Program-made: the position numbers and the translations under genes
Notes under the pieces: model-generated
Seen by the model: the letters and a program-made list of their open reading frames with translations, nothing else
Told to the model about the DNA's origin: nothing
Databases searched by the model: none
Assembly (NCBI RefSeq): GCF_002310835.1
Contig: NZ_CP011042.1
Location: forward strand, 480,001 to 512,000
Source of the DNA: Pseudoalteromonas tetraodonis
Lineage (GTDB): Bacteria; Pseudomonadota; Gammaproteobacteria; Enterobacterales; Alteromonadaceae
Direction of reading: 5' to 3'
Length of the DNA stretch: 32,000 nt
In this document: positions 27,593 through 32,000 of the stretch, one piece after another
Position numbering within the stretch: position 1 is the stretch's first letter
How the letters are laid out: each line of letters starts with the position of its first letter

Positions 27593-30500
27593 ATGAAATT
27601 TTCACACTTTTTTATACAGCGACCGATTTTTGCGGCCATGCTGTCGTTGATTATTTTAATTGCAGGTAGCATTTCATTATTTCAGCTGCCTGTCAGTGAA
27701 TACCCAGAAGTCGTACCACCGACAGTGGTTGTGACTGCCAGTTATCCAGGTGCGAACCCGACGGTTATTGCACAAACAGTGGCAACACCGCTTGAGCAAG
27801 AAATAAATGGCACCGAAAACATGCTGTATATGTTTTCACAAGCAACCAGTGACGGACGTATGACGCTCACGGTGACATTTGCGTTAGGCACTGATTTAGA
27901 CCGTGCCCAAGTGCAAGTGCAAAACCGAGTAAATAGTGCGCTGCCGCGTTTGCCACAAGAAGTGCAACGTTTAGGGGTTGTTGCTGAAAAATCATCACCC
28001 GATTTAACCATGGTGGTGCATTTATATTCACCCCAAAACAGCCATGACACCGCGTATTTATCAAATTATGCCGATTTAAATATTAAAGATGAAATAGCGC
28101 GTTTACCTGGTGTGGGTGATATTCGTTTATTTGGTGGCGGTAAATATGCAATGCGAGTTTGGCTTAACCCCGATGCGCTAGCATCACGTGAGCTTACTGC
28201 AAGTGACGTGGTCAATGCACTACGCTCGCAAAATCAGCAAGTTGCAGCAGGTAGTTTAGGTGCGCAACCGATTTCAAATGACAGTCAGTTCCAAATTCTA
28301 TTAAACGTCAAAGGACGCCTTAATAGCATTGAAGAGTTTAAACAAGTCATTATTAAAGTTGGGGAGCAAGGGCAGCTTACGCGTTTGTCAGACGTGGCAC
28401 GTGTTGATTTAGGCCAAGATTCTTATGCATTGCGTGCTGAGCTTGATAATCAACCCGCTTTAGCGATGCCAATATTTCAACGTCCAGGGTCAAATGCCAT
28501 TGAGCTCTCTGATCAGGTGCGTGAAACCATGGCACGTTTATCAAAAGACTTTCCTGCAGGTGTTGAATACGACATTGTTTATGATCCAACGGTATTTGTT
28601 CGTGGCTCAATTGATGCGGTAATCGCCACTTTACTCGAAGCAATCGTGCTGGTGGTGATTGTGGTTATCGTATTTTTACAAACCTGGCGCGCGTCTATTA
28701 TTCCGTTAATTGCGGTGCCTATTTCACTCATTGGTACCTTTGCAGTAATGCAGTGGCTTGGGGTGTCTATTAATACCTTATCGCTATTTGGTTTAGTACT
28801 GGCAATCGGTATTGTGGTTGATGACGCAATTGTGGTTGTAGAAAATGTTGAGCGAAACATAGAAGATGGCTTATCACCGCTTGAAGCCACCCGCGTGGCA
28901 ATGACGGAAGTAACCGGCCCTATTATTGCGATTGCATTAGTATTATGTGCGGTATTTATTCCGACGGCTTTTATTACTGGGCTTTCAGGGCAGTTTTATA
29001 AACAATTTGCATTAACCATTACGATTTCAACGGTAATTTCGGCGTTTAACTCATTAACGCTGTCGCCAGCACTGGCCGCTTTATTGTTAAAATCACATGA
29101 TGCCGAGCCTGATGCGTTTACCCGCGTGCTTAATAAATTATTTGGCCGTTGGTTATTTCAACCTTTTAACCGCGTGTTTGACCGTGGTGCTAAAGGGTAT
29201 GAAAAGCTGGTACAAAAGCTTATTCGTATGAGTGTTGTGGTTATGGTTGCGTATATTGCTTTAGTTGGCGGTACGATTAAATTGTTTGATGCAGTACCGG
29301 GTGGGTTTATTCCACAACAAGATAAGCAATACTTAGTCGCTATTGCGCAGTTACCTGACGCTGCCAGTTTAGACCGTACAGAAGCGGTGGTAAAACAAAT
29401 GCAGCAAATTGCATTAGAGGTCCCTGGGGTTGCAAACACCGTGGCGTTTCCTGGTCTTTCAGTGAATGGTTTTACTAATAGCCCAAATAGCGGCATCGTA
29501 TTTACGCCACTGGCGCCTTTTGCAGAGCGTACTGATCCGAGTATGTCGGCTTCGGCTATTGCAGCGCAACTAAACCAACGTTTTGCGGCCATTGATGAAG
29601 CCTTTGTCGCTGTGTTTCCGCCACCGCCAATTCAAGGCCTTGGTACCACAGGTGGCTTTAAATTGCAAATAGAAGATAGAGCTAACAAAGGCTTTGAAGC
29701 CTTATTTAACAGTTTGCAATCAGTGATTGCTGCGGCGCAAAAAGATCCAGCGTTGATGGGGCTGTATTCAAGCTTTAGAATTCAAGTACCACAAATGGAT
29801 ATTGATATTGACCGTGAGCAAGCGCTTATTCAAGGCATTCCATTAGATGAAGTGTTTAATTCGTTGCAAATTTATTTAGGCTCAGTGTATGTAAACGACT
29901 TTAATTTATTTGGCCGTACTTACCAGGTTAATGCCCAAGCTGATGCTGATTTTAGGGTAGACCCAGAGCAAATACTAAACCTAAAAGTGCGTAATCGTGC
30001 CGGTAATATGGTGCCACTAGGCTCAGTATTAACGGTAACGCCTACTATTGGTCCTGATCGTGTAATGCATTACAACGGCTACCCTAGTGCAGAGCTTAAT
30101 GGCAGCCCAGCGCCTGGTTATAGTTCTGATCAAGCGCAATTGGCGATTGAAGCTGTACTAGCTAAAACATTGCCTACTGGCATTGAATATGAGTGGACTG
30201 AGGTAACGTACCAGCAAGTATTAGCAGGTAATACCATGGTGTATGTATTCCCTCTGGTTGTATTGCTGGTGTTTATGGTACTGGCTGCACAGTATGAAAG
30301 CTTACGTTTACCACTGGCCATTATTTTAATTGTACCTATGACTATTTTCTCAGCGTTATTAGGGGTGTGGTTTGTAGGTTCAGACAACAACATATTTACC
30401 CAAATAGCGTTGATTGTACTGGTCGCATTGGCTTCTAAAAATGCCATCCTTATGGTGGAATTTGCTAAAGATAAGCATGACACTGGGTTATCACACCTTG

Positions 30501-30742
30501 AGGCGATGTTAGCGGCGTGTCGATTACGTTTACGCCCAATTTTAATGACATCAATTGCGTTTACCGCAGGTGTTATACCGCTTGTATTGGCAACCGGTGC
30601 TGGGGCAGAAATGCGTCATGCCATGGGTAATGCGGTGTTCTCGGGTATGATTGGTGTAACTGTGTTTGGACTATTATTTACACCGGTGTTTTATATGCTG
30701 GTGGTAAAAAAGCAGCGCGTTGAGGAGCCTTCGCATGACTAA
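27593..30742 (+). CDS. RND (HAE1, AcrB/MexB-like) inner-membrane efflux pump
   Basis: 1049 aa. Canonical start MKFSHFFIQRPIFA, 12-TM architecture with two large periplasmic loops, and the conserved GIVVDDAIVVVENVER motif. Confidence 0.95.
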   Translation: MKFSHFFIQRPIFAAMLSLIILIAGSISLFQLPVSEYPEVVPPTVVVTASYPGANPTVIAQTVATPLEQEINGTENMLYMFSQATSDGRMTLTVTFALGTDLDRAQVQVQNRVNSALPRLPQEVQRLGVVAEKSSPDLTMVVHLYSPQNSHDTAYLSNYADLNIKDEIARLPGVGDIRLFGGGKYAMRVWLNPDALASRELTASDVVNALRSQNQQVAAGSLGAQPISNDSQFQILLNVKGRLNSIEEFKQVIIKVGEQGQLTRLSDVARVDLGQDSYALRAELDNQPALAMPIFQRPGSNAIELSDQVRETMARLSKDFPAGVEYDIVYDPTVFVRGSIDAVIATLLEAIVLVVIVVIVFLQTWRASIIPLIAVPISLIGTFAVMQWLGVSINTLSLFGLVLAIGIVVDDAIVVVENVERNIEDGLSPLEATRVAMTEVTGPIIAIALVLCAVFIPTAFITGLSGQFYKQFALTITISTVISAFNSLTLSPALAALLLKSHDAEPDAFTRVLNKLFGRWLFQPFNRVFDRGAKGYEKLVQKLIRMSVVVMVAYIALVGGTIKLFDAVPGGFIPQQDKQYLVAIAQLPDAASLDRTEAVVKQMQQIALEVPGVANTVAFPGLSVNGFTNSPNSGIVFTPLAPFAERTDPSMSASAIAAQLNQRFAAIDEAFVAVFPPPPIQGLGTTGGFKLQIEDRANKGFEALFNSLQSVIAAAQKDPALMGLYSSFRIQVPQMDIDIDREQALIQGIPLDEVFNSLQIYLGSVYVNDFNLFGRTYQVNAQADADFRVDPEQILNLKVRNRAGNMVPLGSVLTVTPTIGPDRVMHYNGYPSAELNGSPAPGYSSDQAQLAIEAVLAKTLPTGIEYEWTEVTYQQVLAGNTMVYVFPLVVLLVFMVLAAQYESLRLPLAIILIVPMTIFSALLGVWFVGSDNNIFTQIALIVLVALASKNAILMVEFAKDKHDTGLSHLEAMLAACRLRLRPILMTSIAFTAGVIPLVLATGAGAEMRHAMGNAVFSGMIGVTVFGLLFTPVFYMLVVKKQRVEEPSHD

Positions 30743-32000
30743 ATTTAACTTAAGCGCTCTTAAATTATCGCCATGGTTGAGTTCTGCATTAGCGGTTGCT
30801 GTGTTATCAGGTTGTGCGAGTAAAATTGACACAGCCGTTCATCAACAACAGATTAATGAGTTTGTTGCCAAGGCAATATCTGCAGAGCAGTTTATGGGTG
30901 AAGATGAGCAAAACTGGTGGCACAAGCTGGGCTCAACGCAGCTAAACCAACTGGTGATCAACGCACTTGCTAATAATTACGACTTACAAACTAGTCAGCT
31001 GGTATTAAAAAGTGCTTTGGCGCGTATTGGCGAGCAACAAGCGCAATACTTACCGCAAGACGGTGTTGCGGTTGGTGCAAAGCGAAGCGGGCTAGGCGAT
31101 ACCAATAGCAGACAATCAAGTGCGAATGTAGCACTTGATTGGCAGCTCGACTTATTTGGTCGAATTACTGCGCTAGTCGATGCCGCGAATTCACAAGCAA
31201 TGAGCCAAGCTGAGCAAGTTAGGTTATTGCAAATTGAAGTGGTGTCGGCTGTGGTTAAAGGCTTTGTGAGTTATCAAGGTAATCTGCAAAAGCAGCAAAT
31301 TATTGAGATGCAAATAGAAGCGCTTGAACAAAGCATTCAAGTGCTACAGGCCCAAGTTGATGAAGGTGTGGCTAATGAGCTCGACTTAAACCGCACTATG
31401 GCGCAACTTAGGCAGCAGCAAGCCTTGGTGCCAGCAATTGAATATGCGAAGTACCGTGACTTATCTACTTTGGCCGTATTAAGCGCGCAAACTACGCAAT
31501 CACTGAGCATTAATGATGAACGTACTATATTAACTAAGGCATTTGCGGTGTCATTGGCAAAACCTAATGATGCAATAGCATTAAGGCCTGATATAAGTCG
31601 TGCTTTATTTGATTTTAGCCAAGCAAATAGCCTGAGTGTGGCAGCCAGCAAAGCTTTATTGCCGGATATTAGCTTAAGCGGCTTTGCAGGCGTGTTAAGT
31701 TTAGGGAGCAACGGTTTTAGTGATACCCAGCAACAATGGCAAGTAGCGCCGCAATTGCAGTGGTCATTATTAAGTTACCCTGCGCTTTTAGCACAACGCG
31801 ATGCGCAGCAGTTTTTAAGCCAAGCGGCGTATACCGATTACCAACAAGTGGTATTAAAAGCGATTAACGAGAGTGAACTTTCATTGCAATACTTGGTCAA
31901 TCAAGCACAGCAATCGCGCTTTGCTGATGAGCGTTATCAATTTGCTAATAATGCATTTTTACAAGCACAAGCAATGTACGAAGAAGGGCAAATTCCTTAC
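30735..32000 (+). CDS. Outer-membrane efflux factor (NodT/TolC-family lipoprotein), 3' end beyond the window
   Basis: Not in the ORF track. My reading from ATG 30735 (MTKFNLSALKLSPWLSSALAVAVLSGCAS..., lipobox) stays open to base 32000. Motifs are typical of OMF proteins (WW..L....LN.L...AL.NN.DL, LPDISLSGFAG). Overlaps the RND stop by 8 nt. Confidence 0.85.
   Translation, partial: MTKFNLSALKLSPWLSSALAVAVLSGCASKIDTAVHQQQINEFVAKAISAEQFMGEDEQNWWHKLGSTQLNQLVINALANNYDLQTSQLVLKSALARIGEQQAQYLPQDGVAVGAKRSGLGDTNSRQSSANVALDWQLDLFGRITALVDAANSQAMSQAEQVRLLQIEVVSAVVKGFVSYQGNLQKQQIIEMQIEALEQSIQVLQAQVDEGVANELDLNRTMAQLRQQQALVPAIEYAKYRDLSTLAVLSAQTTQSLSINDERTILTKAFAVSLAKPNDAIALRPDISRALFDFSQANSLSVAASKALLPDISLSGFAGVLSLGSNGFSDTQQQWQVAPQLQWSLLSYPALLAQRDAQQFLSQAAYTDYQQVVLKAINESELSLQYLVNQAQQSRFADERYQFANNAFLQAQAMYEEGQIPY

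Noticed and set aside
1-32000. Search for mobile elements, CRISPR arrays, tRNA/rRNA genes, prophage or defence-island signatures
   Set aside because: No transposase, integrase or recombinase-like ORFs. No regularly spaced direct repeats. No tRNA-like T-arm (GTTCGAATC-type) sequence in any intergenic region. Composition looks uniform throughout. The window reads as ordinary core genome.

Overview
AT-rich, gene-dense chromosomal segment. By eye, the protein sequences look like core genome of a marine gammaproteobacterium (Alteromonadales, Pseudoalteromonas-like); I could not run a search to confirm this. Gene order: 3' part of an M16 protease III-like peptidase; NhaC-family permease (-); GNAT acetyltransferase; pqiCBA lipid-transport operon (-); orphan periplasmic solute-binding protein; TesB-like thioesterase (-); dnaK-dnaJ behind a sigma32-type promoter; ybaK; orphan CheY-like receiver; a very basic 83-aa zinc-ribbon protein; a small 3-TM membrane protein; a DctB/DctD-family sensor kinase and sigma54 activator, followed by a -24/-12 promoter driving a porin plus DASS/INDY symporter bicistron; a coniferyl-aldehyde-dehydrogenase-like ALDH; a secreted Sel1-repeat protein (-); a lipoprotein; a membrane GGDEF cyclase; a LysR regulator (-) divergent from a complete tripartite RND efflux operon. 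The outer-membrane factor of that operon (30735 to the window end) is missing from the supplied ORF track because it runs off the window. I saw no rRNA, tRNA, CRISPR array, IS element, transposase, integrase, phage gene or recognisable defence gene, so this reads as an ordinary housekeeping region. I do not see a convincing novel multi-gene system. The best follow-up candidates are modest: (1) the sigma54/DctBD-type controlled porin plus INDY two-membrane uptake module with its upstream repeat sites; (2) a long structured leader with a start-proximal terminator-like hairpin upstream of the NhaC-family gene; (3) the highly basic CxxC...CxxC mini-protein. All functional calls rest on motif and family recognition by eye. 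No database searches or folding calculations were run.
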